From an uncultured Roseobacter sp. (GTDB taxonomy: Bacteria; Pseudomonadota; Alphaproteobacteria; Rhodobacterales; Rhodobacteraceae): a DNA stretch of 64,000 nt. The position numbers and the translations under genes are program-made. The DNA lies in the NCBI RefSeq assembly GCF_947492555.1, contig NZ_CANLNE010000007.1, forward strand, positions 10,302 through 74,301, read 5' to 3'. The notes under the pieces are model-generated. The model did not search any database. It was not told the DNA's origin and worked only from the letters and a program-made list of their open reading frames with translations. Positions 36,291 to 44,989 of this stretch are shown one piece after another (positions within the stretch are counted from its first letter, which is position 1; every line of letters starts with the position of its first letter).

Positions 36291-37035
36291 TAGGTGTGCC
36301 CCCATGCGAATGTGTTGAAACTGCTTGTGGCTTCAAGCGACCCGAACGAAATGCTCGAACTCGACGGTTCATCCAATGACGAATGATGTTTCGATAGAGG
36401 AAGCCCCGAACCCAACCGAACTCCTGGGCATGTTTTTCGTAGACGTCGTCAGGGGTCTCAAAGAGGCCAAAATCCTGAACGATCCCAGACTTTTGAATGT
36501 AGGTGCCGTCGCCTTTCCATTCGACCGGCGGCGCGCTTAAGCAATCCGTGCCGACACCGTAGCCACACAGGCTTTCCCGTCCATCGAAGGCGGTCTGCAA
36601 AGCTGACAGAAACCGGCTGTCCAGGATGAACCCCTCAAGGTCGATCCAACGTCCATCCATTTCGACCTCCACCCAGGAGTGCAGGATTTCCAAAGGCGCG
36701 ATGGGATAGACAAGCTCGGGCACCACGCCGCGCTGAAGGCCCTTGTGGATCGTAAAGCCGTGAAGCCGACACCGGACTCCGAGTGCGCGCAGGAGCGCCA
36801 TGAGCAGCGTGCCTTTCGTGTTGCACTGTCCGTACCCGTCAGACAGCACTTCGGTGGCCGGAATGTCATCCGCGCGATTGTAGCCGAACAGGATTTCGTT
36901 GCGGACAAAATCATAGACGACCCCGATCCGGTCATGGGTCGCGAGGGCAGACCAACCACGCGCGGCAATCAGCCCTTGAATGGACTGCGCTCCAAAGTCG
37001 AGAAGCGGAGTTGCGAAGAGATGTTCACGGGACAT
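36280..37035 (-). CDS. transglutaminase-like (papain-fold) protein
   Basis: GYGQCNTKGTLLMALLRALG, HSWVEV, WIDLEG: Cys-His-Asp triad present. Confidence 0.85.
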   Translation of the reverse strand: MSREHLFATPLLDFGAQSIQGLIAARGWSALATHDRIGVVYDFVRNEILFGYNRADDIPATEVLSDGYGQCNTKGTLLMALLRALGVRCRLHGFTIHKGLQRGVVPELVYPIAPLEILHSWVEVEMDGRWIDLEGFILDSRFLSALQTAFDGRESLCGYGVGTDCLSAPPVEWKGDGTYIQKSGIVQDFGLFETPDDVYEKHAQEFGWVRGFLYRNIIRHWMNRRVRAFRSGRLKPQAVSTHSHGGTPNAA

Positions 37036-37064
37036 GGCGAGCCTCTGGATTCGTTGTCCCAGAC

Positions 37065-37095
37065 AACATAGTATCTCTAGCGACTAGAGGTTCAA
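37065..37095 (-). promoter_or_regulatory. MerR-type promoter with 19-bp spacer and dyad, driving the transglutaminase-CDF-CDF operon
   Basis: Minus strand TTGAAC-N19-TATGTT; dyad CTCTAG-cga-CTAGAG at 37075-37089. Confidence 0.8.
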
Positions 37096-37106
37096 GGAAT
37101 ATTCTG

Positions 37107-37523
37107 ATGTTCTCCATCGGCGAGCTTTCACGACGCACCAAGGTCAAGGTTCCGACCATCCGCTATTATGAGACTGTCGGCCTGCTGACCGCGCCCGAGC
37201 GCACCGAAGGCAACCAGAGACGGTACGACCAGGCGGGTCTGGAGAGGTTGAGCTTCATCAAGCACGCACGGGACCTAGGTTTCTCGATTGAAGCGATCTC
37301 GTCGCTGATCGAGCTGCAAGACCATCCCGACCGGTCATGCCAGGCGGCAACCGATATCGCGACCGCGCAGCTCTCGGATGTTCGGGCGAAAATCAAAAAG
37401 CTCCGCGCCTTGGAAAAAGAGCTTCTGCGTATTGCCAATGGGTGTGACGGCGATGGCGTGCCGGAAGACTGCTATGTGTTGGCGTCCCTTGCCAATCACG
37501 ATCTGTGCCAACAGGAGCATTAA
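37107..37523 (+). CDS. MerR-family metal-responsive regulator (ZntR/CadR-like)
   Basis: FSIGELS...TIRYYE, GNQRRY, DRSC and GCDGDGVPEDC Cys ligands, His-containing tail. Confidence 0.9.
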   Translation: MFSIGELSRRTKVKVPTIRYYETVGLLTAPERTEGNQRRYDQAGLERLSFIKHARDLGFSIEAISSLIELQDHPDRSCQAATDIATAQLSDVRAKIKKLRALEKELLRIANGCDGDGVPEDCYVLASLANHDLCQQEH

Positions 37524-37713
37524 TGGGCCAAGATCGGATGTTTCTGTAAACGCCGGTTTCATTTGATCACAGAGGTTTCTGTGTGACATTCCTGCCTTGG
37601 CACGTCTTGCCGCGAGCGTCCGGCAAGAGCCCAAACCCCTGGCTGTCAGCGGGGCGTTGAATGGCTGCTTCTGCGCAGTTCGCGGATCTGGCATTTTTGA
37701 ATCTAAAGTGGGG

Positions 37714-38127
37714 CTAAGCTTCCAGAAGCGCATCGATCACTGCGCATTCAGGGGCGGCATCACCGGTGCAACGGGCGACCGTCTCTGACAGAACACGTTC
37801 AATCCGCGTAAGATCGGCGATCTTTTCCTGGACATCTTCAAGATGTGCTTCGGCAACGGTTTGAACCTGGGCGCAGGTCTGCGTCCGGTTATCGACCAAA
37901 CCGAGCAAATCCCGGATTTCCTCCAGCGAGAAGCCGAGGTCGCGCGACCGCATGACGAATTTCAGCCGCCTGACGTGGGTGTCATCATAGCTTCGATACC
38001 CTTTCGCGGTGCGCGGCGGGTCCGGCATGATCCCAACCGTCTCGTAGTACCGGATTGTTTCCAAGTTGCAGCCGGTCACACGCGCAAGTTCGCCCCGACT
38101 GATAGGCTTCACGCTTCTGTTATCCAT
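37714..38127 (-). CDS. merR: Hg(II)-responsive MerR regulator
   Basis: ETIRYYE, GYRSY; three Cys (TC, RC, EC) at MerR positions; divergent from merT. Confidence 0.85.
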   Translation of the reverse strand: MDNRSVKPISRGELARVTGCNLETIRYYETVGIMPDPPRTAKGYRSYDDTHVRRLKFVMRSRDLGFSLEEIRDLLGLVDNRTQTCAQVQTVAEAHLEDVQEKIADLTRIERVLSETVARCTGDAAPECAVIDALLEA

Positions 38128-38147
38128 TTCTCTCAAAAAAAAACCTC

Positions 38148-38178
38148 TTGAGCCTGTATCAACTACAGACCGTAGAAC
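38148..38178 (+). promoter_or_regulatory. mer operator/promoter
   Basis: TTGAGC-N19-TAGAAC with dyad CTGTA-tcaac-TACAG at 38154-38168. Confidence 0.75.
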
Positions 38179-38207
38179 GTGAGAAATATCCGAGCAAGGA
38201 CGAATCT

Positions 38208-38615
38208 ATGGAACAGAGTTTTACGGCGCAGACATCCGAACAAGTGCGCGAAGTTGGCGATGACACCGCAAAAGCCTGGGGCGCGACCGGGTTCGGCGTT
38301 CTGGGTGCTCTGGCGATGACGTCCTGCTGCATCCTGCCGCTCGTGCTGGTGAGTTTCGGCGTGACGGGCGTGTTCATCGCACAGCTTGGCGCGCTCTACG
38401 CATACAAATGGTACACCTTTGCGCTGAGTGCCGCGTTTCTCGGATACGGGTTTTACAAGGCCTATAAGCCCGTGGCTGCCGAGGCCTGTGCGGATGGCAC
38501 CTGTTCCCGCCCGATCAACCGCAGGGTCATGCGCGCGACCCTCTGGATTGCCACCGCCATCGTCGCCGTGGCGATGGCCTTTCCCTACATCACCCCTTTC
38601 ATCCTGAAATTCTGA
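38208..38615 (+). CDS. merT: mercuric ion transporter MerT
   Basis: TSCCILPLVL Cys pair in TM1; ACADGTC loop; three TM segments. Confidence 0.9.
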   Translation: MEQSFTAQTSEQVREVGDDTAKAWGATGFGVLGALAMTSCCILPLVLVSFGVTGVFIAQLGALYAYKWYTFALSAAFLGYGFYKAYKPVAAEACADGTCSRPINRRVMRATLWIATAIVAVAMAFPYITPFILKF

Positions 38616-38630
38616 GCAAGGATCAAACCC

Positions 38631-38936
38631 ATGAAACACATACTGCTATCATCGGTACTGGCTGTAACCGCATTTGCCTCAGCCGCCTTTGCAGAAGAGC
38701 GCACCGTCGAGATCGCCGTCAGCGAGCTGACTTGCCCCTCCTGCTCCTTCATAGTTGCCAGTTCAATGCGCGGTGTCCCGTCTGTCCAGATCAACGACTT
38801 CGTGGACGGTCCGGAGTTTGGACATGGTATTTACAACGTGACCTTCGATGATACCCAAGCCACCGTTGAAAGCATCTTAGAGGCGGTGAAGGCGAACGGT
38901 TATCCCGCACAGGTTCTCCCTGACACAGCGTCCTGA
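38631..38936 (+). CDS. merP: periplasmic mercury-binding protein MerP
   Basis: Signal peptide ending AFA; HMA motif LTCPSC; ANGYPA. Confidence 0.85.
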   Translation: MKHILLSSVLAVTAFASAAFAEERTVEIAVSELTCPSCSFIVASSMRGVPSVQINDFVDGPEFGHGIYNVTFDDTQATVESILEAVKANGYPAQVLPDTAS

Positions 38937-38953
38937 CGCGGGAGGGCGATGCG

Positions 38954-39205
38954 ATGCGCGATAACCTGATGGGCGGGCTGCTTGCCATTGGTGTTGCGGC
39001 ACCGGTCATGATCGTCTGTTGCGGAGGTGGCGCGGCTCTGATCGCAGCGCTGTTTGGCGGGATTGGGGCCTGGCTGTCCGGTCTCGGCGGTCTTTCCATC
39101 GCGCTGGTGGTCGCGCTTGCGTTTCTGATCGTTCGCGAAGTCCGGCGCGCCAGCAAACGACCGGCAGAAACCAATCGCTCTCCAGACAGAAAGAACGCGA
39201 CTTGA
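38954..39205 (+). CDS. small membrane protein with Cys-Cys pair in the mer operon (83 aa)
   Basis: GGGAGG RBS; MIVCCGGG and hydrophobic helices; overlaps the next gene. Confidence 0.7.
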   Translation: MRDNLMGGLLAIGVAAPVMIVCCGGGAALIAALFGGIGAWLSGLGGLSIALVVALAFLIVREVRRASKRPAETNRSPDRKNAT

Positions 39206-39588
39206 CCCAAGCAACTAAGAACCCCGACCGCTTGCTGAAATGGGGGCTGGGCGGCGCGTTGTTCGCGGCCCTGTGCTGCTTCACACCCCTGTTGGTCGTC
39301 GTTATCGCCGGAGTTGGCCTTTCGGCCCTCACCGGCTGGCTCGACTACGGGCTGTTTCCGCTCATGTTTTTTAGCCTCGCTGTCGTCGTTCAGGCGCTCT
39401 GGCTGCGGGCAGGCAGTCAGGGGCCAAGCCCGAAACTCTGGGCGACGGCCCTCGCGGCTCTGCTGTCGGTCCTCATCATCTGGATCGAGTTCCGCTTTGC
39501 CGTCCGCATCACCATCGGTGCTTTCGCGGCTGTCGGCCTCTACGCCATTTTGCTCAATCGAATGAAATCCAAAGGAGCCTCGCAATGA
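39202..39588 (+). CDS. merF: MerF-like mercury transporter with C-terminal TM extension
   Basis: AALCCFTPLLVVVIAGVGLSALTGWLDY is the MerF signature; TTG start inferred. Confidence 0.8.
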   Translation: MTQATKNPDRLLKWGLGGALFAALCCFTPLLVVVIAGVGLSALTGWLDYGLFPLMFFSLAVVVQALWLRAGSQGPSPKLWATALAALLSVLIIWIEFRFAVRITIGAFAAVGLYAILLNRMKSKGASQ

Positions 39589-39722
39589 TGATGGGAGCCT
39601 GTACGGGCCTCGGCACGGTCTTCGGAATGCTTGGTATGCTGACACCGCTGATCGCCATCGGCGCGATCCTCTATCTGGTCTTGGCAAATCGGCAGACCCC
39701 GGAAATGCAAGAGGCGCATTAA
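39585..39722 (+). CDS. 45-aa single-TM peptide (below the ORF track cutoff)
   Basis: AAAGGAG RBS; MMMGACTGLGTVFGMLGMLTPLIAIGAILYLVLANRQTPEMQEAH; fills the gap between merF and merA exactly. Confidence 0.6.
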   Translation: MMMGACTGLGTVFGMLGMLTPLIAIGAILYLVLANRQTPEMQEAH

Positions 39723-39723
39723 C

Positions 39724-41154
39724 ATGAAAGACTTTGGCAATAATGATGATGGAAACGGCGGATACGACCTGATCGTCATAGGTGCTGGATCGGCGGGCTT
39801 CTCGGCCGCGATCACAGCGGCGGACGCTGGCAAGCGGGTTGCTCTCGTTGGGTATGGTACCATCGGCGGCACCTGCGTGAACGTTGGCTGCGTGCCGTCC
39901 AAGACGATGATCCGCGCAGCCGAGGCGATCCACGGCGCTTATGCGGCCAAGCGGTTTCCCGGCCTGTCCGGTCACGCCAAGGTTGAGGAATGGAAAGTGC
40001 TGATCCAGTCCAAGGACGATCTGGTGGCGACCCTGCGCCAGAAGAAATACGCCGACCTGTTGCCGGAATATGCCGGAGTTGACTACATCGACGCCGGTCC
40101 CGCGCGGCTGGTCGAAGGTGGCGTCATCGTTGGCGGTCGCACTCTGACCGCACCGAAACTGATCATCGCCACAGGCGGGCGTCCGGTTCTGCCGACCATT
40201 GACGGGATCGAGGAGATCGGCGCACTCGACAGCACCAGCCTGCTGGAGCTTGAAACCCTGCCAGACAGCCTGATCTTCATCGGCGCAGGCTACATCGGAG
40301 CCGAACTGGCCCAGATGATAAGCCGGATGGGCGTGAAGGTCACGCTGGTGGCGCGGTCACGCCTGCTGCCCGGTGCCGAACCGGAGGTATCCGAGGCACT
40401 TGCCGATGCCTTCACGGCCGAGGGGATCACTCTTCTGACGGGTTTGAGCTACGACAGTGTGCTCCGTGACGAGGCGGACGTAACCTTGCGGGTGATCCGG
40501 GACGGCGAAGCTATCGAGGTTACGGCGGATCATCTTGTTTCGACCGCTGGCAGACGCGCCAATACTGAAGGAATGGGCCTGGAAGAGATCGGCGTGGAGA
40601 CCAACGCGCGCGGCGCCATCGTCATTGGCGACGATATGCAGACTACGGTGCCGGGCATCTTTGCGGCAGGCGACGTCACCGACCGGGACCAGTTCGTTTA
40701 CATGGCAGCCTATGGCGCGAAGCTGGCCGTGAAAAACGCCGTTCTCGGCGAGGCGCACCACTATGACAACTCCGTCATGCCCTGGGTCGTCTTCTCCGAT
40801 CCGCAGGTGGCCGGGGTCGGACTGAGCGAGCAACATGCGCGGGATGCCGGGTTCGACGTGAAGACCTCCATCGTGCCGCTCGATCAGGTGCCGCGCGCCT
40901 TGGCCGCCCGTGACACGCGCGGATTGATCAAGCTGGTGGCGGACAGGAAGACCGACAGGCTGCTGGGTGGTCAGATCATCGCGCCCGAAGGGTCTGATGC
41001 GATCCAGACGCTGGTGATGGCGCTGAAGTTCGGCATGACGACGCAGGCTTTGGGGGAGACGATCTTTCCCTATCTCACAACCGTGGAGGGGCTGAAGCTG
41101 GCGGCGCAGACCTTCGATATGGACGTGGCCAAGCTTAGCTGCTGCGCCGGATAA
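39724..41154 (+). CDS. merA: mercuric reductase MerA (no N-terminal HMA domain)
   Basis: GAGSAG, GGTCVNVGCVPSK, C-terminal LSCCAG. Confidence 0.95.
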   Translation: MKDFGNNDDGNGGYDLIVIGAGSAGFSAAITAADAGKRVALVGYGTIGGTCVNVGCVPSKTMIRAAEAIHGAYAAKRFPGLSGHAKVEEWKVLIQSKDDLVATLRQKKYADLLPEYAGVDYIDAGPARLVEGGVIVGGRTLTAPKLIIATGGRPVLPTIDGIEEIGALDSTSLLELETLPDSLIFIGAGYIGAELAQMISRMGVKVTLVARSRLLPGAEPEVSEALADAFTAEGITLLTGLSYDSVLRDEADVTLRVIRDGEAIEVTADHLVSTAGRRANTEGMGLEEIGVETNARGAIVIGDDMQTTVPGIFAAGDVTDRDQFVYMAAYGAKLAVKNAVLGEAHHYDNSVMPWVVFSDPQVAGVGLSEQHARDAGFDVKTSIVPLDQVPRALAARDTRGLIKLVADRKTDRLLGGQIIAPEGSDAIQTLVMALKFGMTTQALGETIFPYLTTVEGLKLAAQTFDMDVAKLSCCAG

Positions 41155-41177
41155 AAGATCGAAGCAAGGACCGGTCT

Positions 41178-42530
41178 ATGAGCAACATGTATGACCTGAT
41201 CGTCATCGGCGCGGGCATGGCCGGAGTGGCGGCTGCGAACAAGTGCGGCGCGGCGGGCTGGCACGTGGCCATTGTTGATGCGCTGCCCTATGGCGGCACC
41301 TGTGCCCTGCGCGGCTGCGATCCCAAGAAAATCCTCCGGCGTGGAGCGGAAATCGTCGATGCCGCGCGGCTGTTGGATGGCAAGGGGATAGACCCGGCCG
41401 GGCTGTCGATCAACTGGTCCGATCTGATGGCCCACAAGCGCGGCTTTACCGATCCAGTGCCGGGCAAGATGGAGAAGGGCCTGAAAGACAACGGCGTTGA
41501 GACGTTGTACGGTGCAGCGCGGTTCACCGGACCAAACACGCTCGAGACCGACGGGCATACCTACGAGTCACGCCGCTTTCTAGTTGCTGCCGGAGCGATC
41601 CCGAGACCCCTGAGCTTCGCCGGGGCCGATCTGATGATCGACAGTACGGAGTTTCTGAACCTTGAGGCTCTGCCCAAACGCATCCTGTTTGTCGGCGGCG
41701 GGTTCGTGTCTTTCGAATTTGCCCACATCGCGGCACGGGCCGGTGCCGCGCCGATCATCGTGGATCGCGGCGCGAGACCGCTAGAAGGCTTCGACCCTGA
41801 TCTCGTGGAGATGCAGATCGAGCGCGGCGCAGAAGTCGGCGTGAAGTTGCAACGCGAAACCGAGATTGTCTCGATTTCGAAGTCCGGTGCTGCCTTCGCT
41901 GTCGAAGTGACGTCGGGCGGCGAGACCAGGGCCGTCGAGACCGATCTGGTTGTTCATGGCGCGGGACGCACAGCAGCGCTCACCGATCTGAATCTTGAAG
42001 CCGCCGGTGTCGACTATGGCGACAAGGGCATTGTCGTGACACCTCATCTGCAAAGCACGACCAACAGCGCGATCTTCGCCGCCGGGGATTCCGCCGATAC
42101 CGAAGGTATGCCGCTGACGCCTGTTGCCGTGATCGAGGGCAAGGTCGCGGCCTCCAACATGCTCAAGGATGCCCAGACAGCGCCGGACTATGCGGGCATC
42201 CCGACGGCGGTGTTCACCGTGCCTGAACTGGCCCGGGTCGGAATGTTGGAAGAAGAGGCCACAAATGCCGGGCATGATGTCGAATTTCGTTTCACCGACA
42301 CAAGCGGCTGGTATTCGAACTATCGGATCGGTGAGAAGTCCGCCGCCGCGAAGGTGCTGGTGGGTAAGTCTGATGGCAAAATCCTCGGCGCGCATCTGTT
42401 CGGCACGGAGTATGGCGAGTTGATCAACTTCTTCGGATTGGCAATCAAGCTGGGGCTGACCGCGAAACAACTCAAGTCGATGACTGCCGCCTATCCGAGC
42501 GTTGGATCGGATTTGGGATCTCTCTTGTAG
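41178..42530 (+). CDS. pyridine nucleotide-disulfide oxidoreductase (glutathione reductase/LpdA family)
   Basis: GAGMAG, GGTCALRGCDPKK, GGGFVSFE; lacks the C-terminal CC of MerA. Confidence 0.9.
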   Translation: MSNMYDLIVIGAGMAGVAAANKCGAAGWHVAIVDALPYGGTCALRGCDPKKILRRGAEIVDAARLLDGKGIDPAGLSINWSDLMAHKRGFTDPVPGKMEKGLKDNGVETLYGAARFTGPNTLETDGHTYESRRFLVAAGAIPRPLSFAGADLMIDSTEFLNLEALPKRILFVGGGFVSFEFAHIAARAGAAPIIVDRGARPLEGFDPDLVEMQIERGAEVGVKLQRETEIVSISKSGAAFAVEVTSGGETRAVETDLVVHGAGRTAALTDLNLEAAGVDYGDKGIVVTPHLQSTTNSAIFAAGDSADTEGMPLTPVAVIEGKVAASNMLKDAQTAPDYAGIPTAVFTVPELARVGMLEEEATNAGHDVEFRFTDTSGWYSNYRIGEKSAAAKVLVGKSDGKILGAHLFGTEYGELINFFGLAIKLGLTAKQLKSMTAAYPSVGSDLGSLL

Positions 42531-42593
42531 GCCAATAACCGAAGTATTTGGCTTGGCGAACCGCATTCGGAGCATCGCTTTCATTGAGGCCCC

Positions 42594-43493
42594 CTAATCG
42601 GCGGCTTCGTTCTGATCCGGTTGCAGACCGTGCAGAAAATCCACCGCACGCTGCGCATGGGCCGCGGCCTGGAAGATGTATCGCGTGTCGCTCCGAAGAC
42701 CGCAAAGCCAATGATCGATATAGGCGGCATGCTCCGGGCGCGGATCCGGCGACAATCCCAGATCGGCGGCCAGAAATGCAGCGCCCAGTTCCGCGACAAG
42801 CTCCTCTTGCGCATAGCCTTCATCGCCCCAGCGTTTTCGACCGAAACTCCGGTCCAGGCGATCGGGATGGCGGGTCCAGTGGGTGATCTCGTGACCGAGC
42901 GTCGCGTAGTAACTCTCAGGATCTTCGAAGGTCTCGAAGGGCGGCATCTGCACGTAGTCCGGCTCAACGGCGTAGTAGGCCTGGGGTCCCCCGTGACGAA
43001 TGTCGGCCCCTGTCGCGGCAAAGAAGGAGTCTGTAGCCGCATCGCGCGCGACTGTGTCGAGTATCGGCTCCGGGACCGCGTAGAACGCCTCGGGAAGGCC
43101 CTCGATCTGATCGACGTTGAAGACCGTGTAGCCTTTCATGAAGGGGATCGCGACTTCGCGGTCTTGACCGGCGGCGTCGGTTTCGGTCTTGCGAAAGGTG
43201 TCTGCATAGACGACCAACTCGCCCTTCGCGCCCTTGCGCACCTGGCCGCCGAGTTCTGACGCCTGACGATAGGTCATCCAGGTCGGCGCGGCGAAGCCTT
43301 TGGCGACCGAGGCGATCCAGAGCAGGACGATGTTGAGACCGCGATAGGCGACCCCGTTGTGCCGCAAGGGTCGGGAAACCCGCCCCGCAAGATGCTCGGT
43401 GCTCCAAGGCTTGTGCCAGGGTTGGGTCCCGGCTTCGAGATCGGCGATGATCTTCGCGGTGACGCGGGTGTAGATGTCGGGTCGTTTTGCCAT
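42594..43493 (-). CDS. ardC: ArdC-like antirestriction ssDNA-binding protein with zincin domain
   Basis: PWHKPW, YRGLN, WMTYRQA, VRKGAKG, YTVFNVDQ, HEITHWT, YAQEELVAE. Confidence 0.92.
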   Translation of the reverse strand: MAKRPDIYTRVTAKIIADLEAGTQPWHKPWSTEHLAGRVSRPLRHNGVAYRGLNIVLLWIASVAKGFAAPTWMTYRQASELGGQVRKGAKGELVVYADTFRKTETDAAGQDREVAIPFMKGYTVFNVDQIEGLPEAFYAVPEPILDTVARDAATDSFFAATGADIRHGGPQAYYAVEPDYVQMPPFETFEDPESYYATLGHEITHWTRHPDRLDRSFGRKRWGDEGYAQEELVAELGAAFLAADLGLSPDPRPEHAAYIDHWLCGLRSDTRYIFQAAAHAQRAVDFLHGLQPDQNEAAD

Positions 43494-43764
43494 GATGTCC
43501 TCCTTTCGGCAGGTCCCTCGTGCGGGACGCGAAAAGGCAGGACGGACGCAGTAAGCCGACGGCGCATGGTCAACACGGGGGAGCGTCCGCGACCGGCGCG
43601 GGCAGGCCATTGCGCTGGCGGCGGCGTCTGTCAGGCCCGCGCTCCCCTGCTCGCACGGGGGACCTGACGGGAGGCGCAGCTGGCGGGCGGGTCCGAGGAT
43701 TGATCAGCCCCGTGTCATCGGAACAAGGCTGCGGATTGGCGGAGAGCCAGGCGGAGAGGCGCTC

Positions 43765-44937
43765 CTAGAGCGCGCGCAGCCGGTCGATTGCGGCCGAGAG
43801 CGGCATGGCACGGAGCCTGCCCTGCCCCGGCACTTCGCGGGTCTCGGCATAGACCAGAAGCCGCTCCGCCACGTCGAGATCGTCAGCGGCGATATGGAAC
43901 CCGCGGGTGACCTTGGGGCTGGTCGTGCGTTTGACCTCTATGGCCCAAAGCGCGCCGCTGGGCAGTTTCAGGATCAGGTCGATCTCGGCCCCGGCTGAGG
44001 AGCGGTAGAAACTGGCTTCCGTGCCACGCGGGGCCGCCGCGATCAGGTTTTCGATGCAGAAACCTTCCCAGGAGCCGCCGACCACCGGATGACCGAGCAG
44101 CGCTTCCGCGGTCTCGATCCCCAAGAGCGCGTGGGTCAGGCCCGCATCACGGATGTAGACCTTGGGCGATTTCACCAGCCGCTTGCCGGTATTCGCGTGC
44201 CAGGGCGGGAGCCGTCGCACCAGCATCAGGTCCACCAGCAGATCGAGATAGCGCGCAATGCTTTGGCCGGAGACACCGAGGCCCGCCGCCAGCTTCGCCG
44301 CATTCAAGAGCCCGCCCTGCTCATGGGCCAGCATGGTCCAGAACCGCCGCAGGGTTTCGGCCGGGATGCGCAGGCCGAAGCTCGGGATGTCCCGCTCGAG
44401 ATAGGTCCGGATGAAATCCTCGCGCCAGCTCAGGCTGGCCCGGTCCGACTGGGCCAGGAAGCTCTCTGGAAAGCCGCCGCGCAGCCAGAGCCTTTGCAAG
44501 GCCCCCTGCCCCACTTCATCCAGCGTGAACGGCGTCAGTTCGTGATAGCTGACCCGGCCTGCCAGCGATTCCGCGCTTTGCTGCAACAGCGTATTGGAGG
44601 CCGACCCCAGGAGCAGGAATTGCCCGGTGCGGTGCCCGGCCCGGCGACGGCGGTCGATCTGCCCCCGAAGTGCACCGAACAGCCCCGGCATCAGCTGCAC
44701 CTCGTCAATCACCACCAGCTTGCCCATCTGCGCATCGAGATAGAGATCGGGCTCCTCGAGGATCTGCCGGTCCGCGGTCCGCTCCATGTCGAGATAGATC
44801 GCCTCGCGGGTCTCCGCGATGTCCTGGGCGAGCGTGGTCTTGCCGACCTGACGCGGCCCGAGAAGGACGACCCCCGCCTGGGCATCGAGGGCGTCTTCGA
44901 CCCGTTTGAGGTGATTACGAACGATCATACCTTGCAT
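43765..44937 (-). CDS. AAA_14 + DUF4143 ATP-binding protein
   Basis: GPRQVGKTT, IDEVQ, LLGSAS, ESLAGR, RGGFPE, KSPKVY, EIDL..AIEVK. Confidence 0.88.
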   Translation of the reverse strand: MQGMIVRNHLKRVEDALDAQAGVVLLGPRQVGKTTLAQDIAETREAIYLDMERTADRQILEEPDLYLDAQMGKLVVIDEVQLMPGLFGALRGQIDRRRRAGHRTGQFLLLGSASNTLLQQSAESLAGRVSYHELTPFTLDEVGQGALQRLWLRGGFPESFLAQSDRASLSWREDFIRTYLERDIPSFGLRIPAETLRRFWTMLAHEQGGLLNAAKLAAGLGVSGQSIARYLDLLVDLMLVRRLPPWHANTGKRLVKSPKVYIRDAGLTHALLGIETAEALLGHPVVGGSWEGFCIENLIAAAPRGTEASFYRSSAGAEIDLILKLPSGALWAIEVKRTTSPKVTRGFHIAADDLDVAERLLVYAETREVPGQGRLRAMPLSAAIDRLRAL

Positions 44938-44989
44938 TTATTCCATCACGTGGAAGATTTGCAAGGATTTCGAGAGGTGAAGCCCCGTC

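Noticed and set aside
38135-38143. A9 homopolymer upstream of merR as a phase-variation tract
   Set aside because: Lies outside the promoter spacer and coding sequence, so slippage has no obvious consequence.
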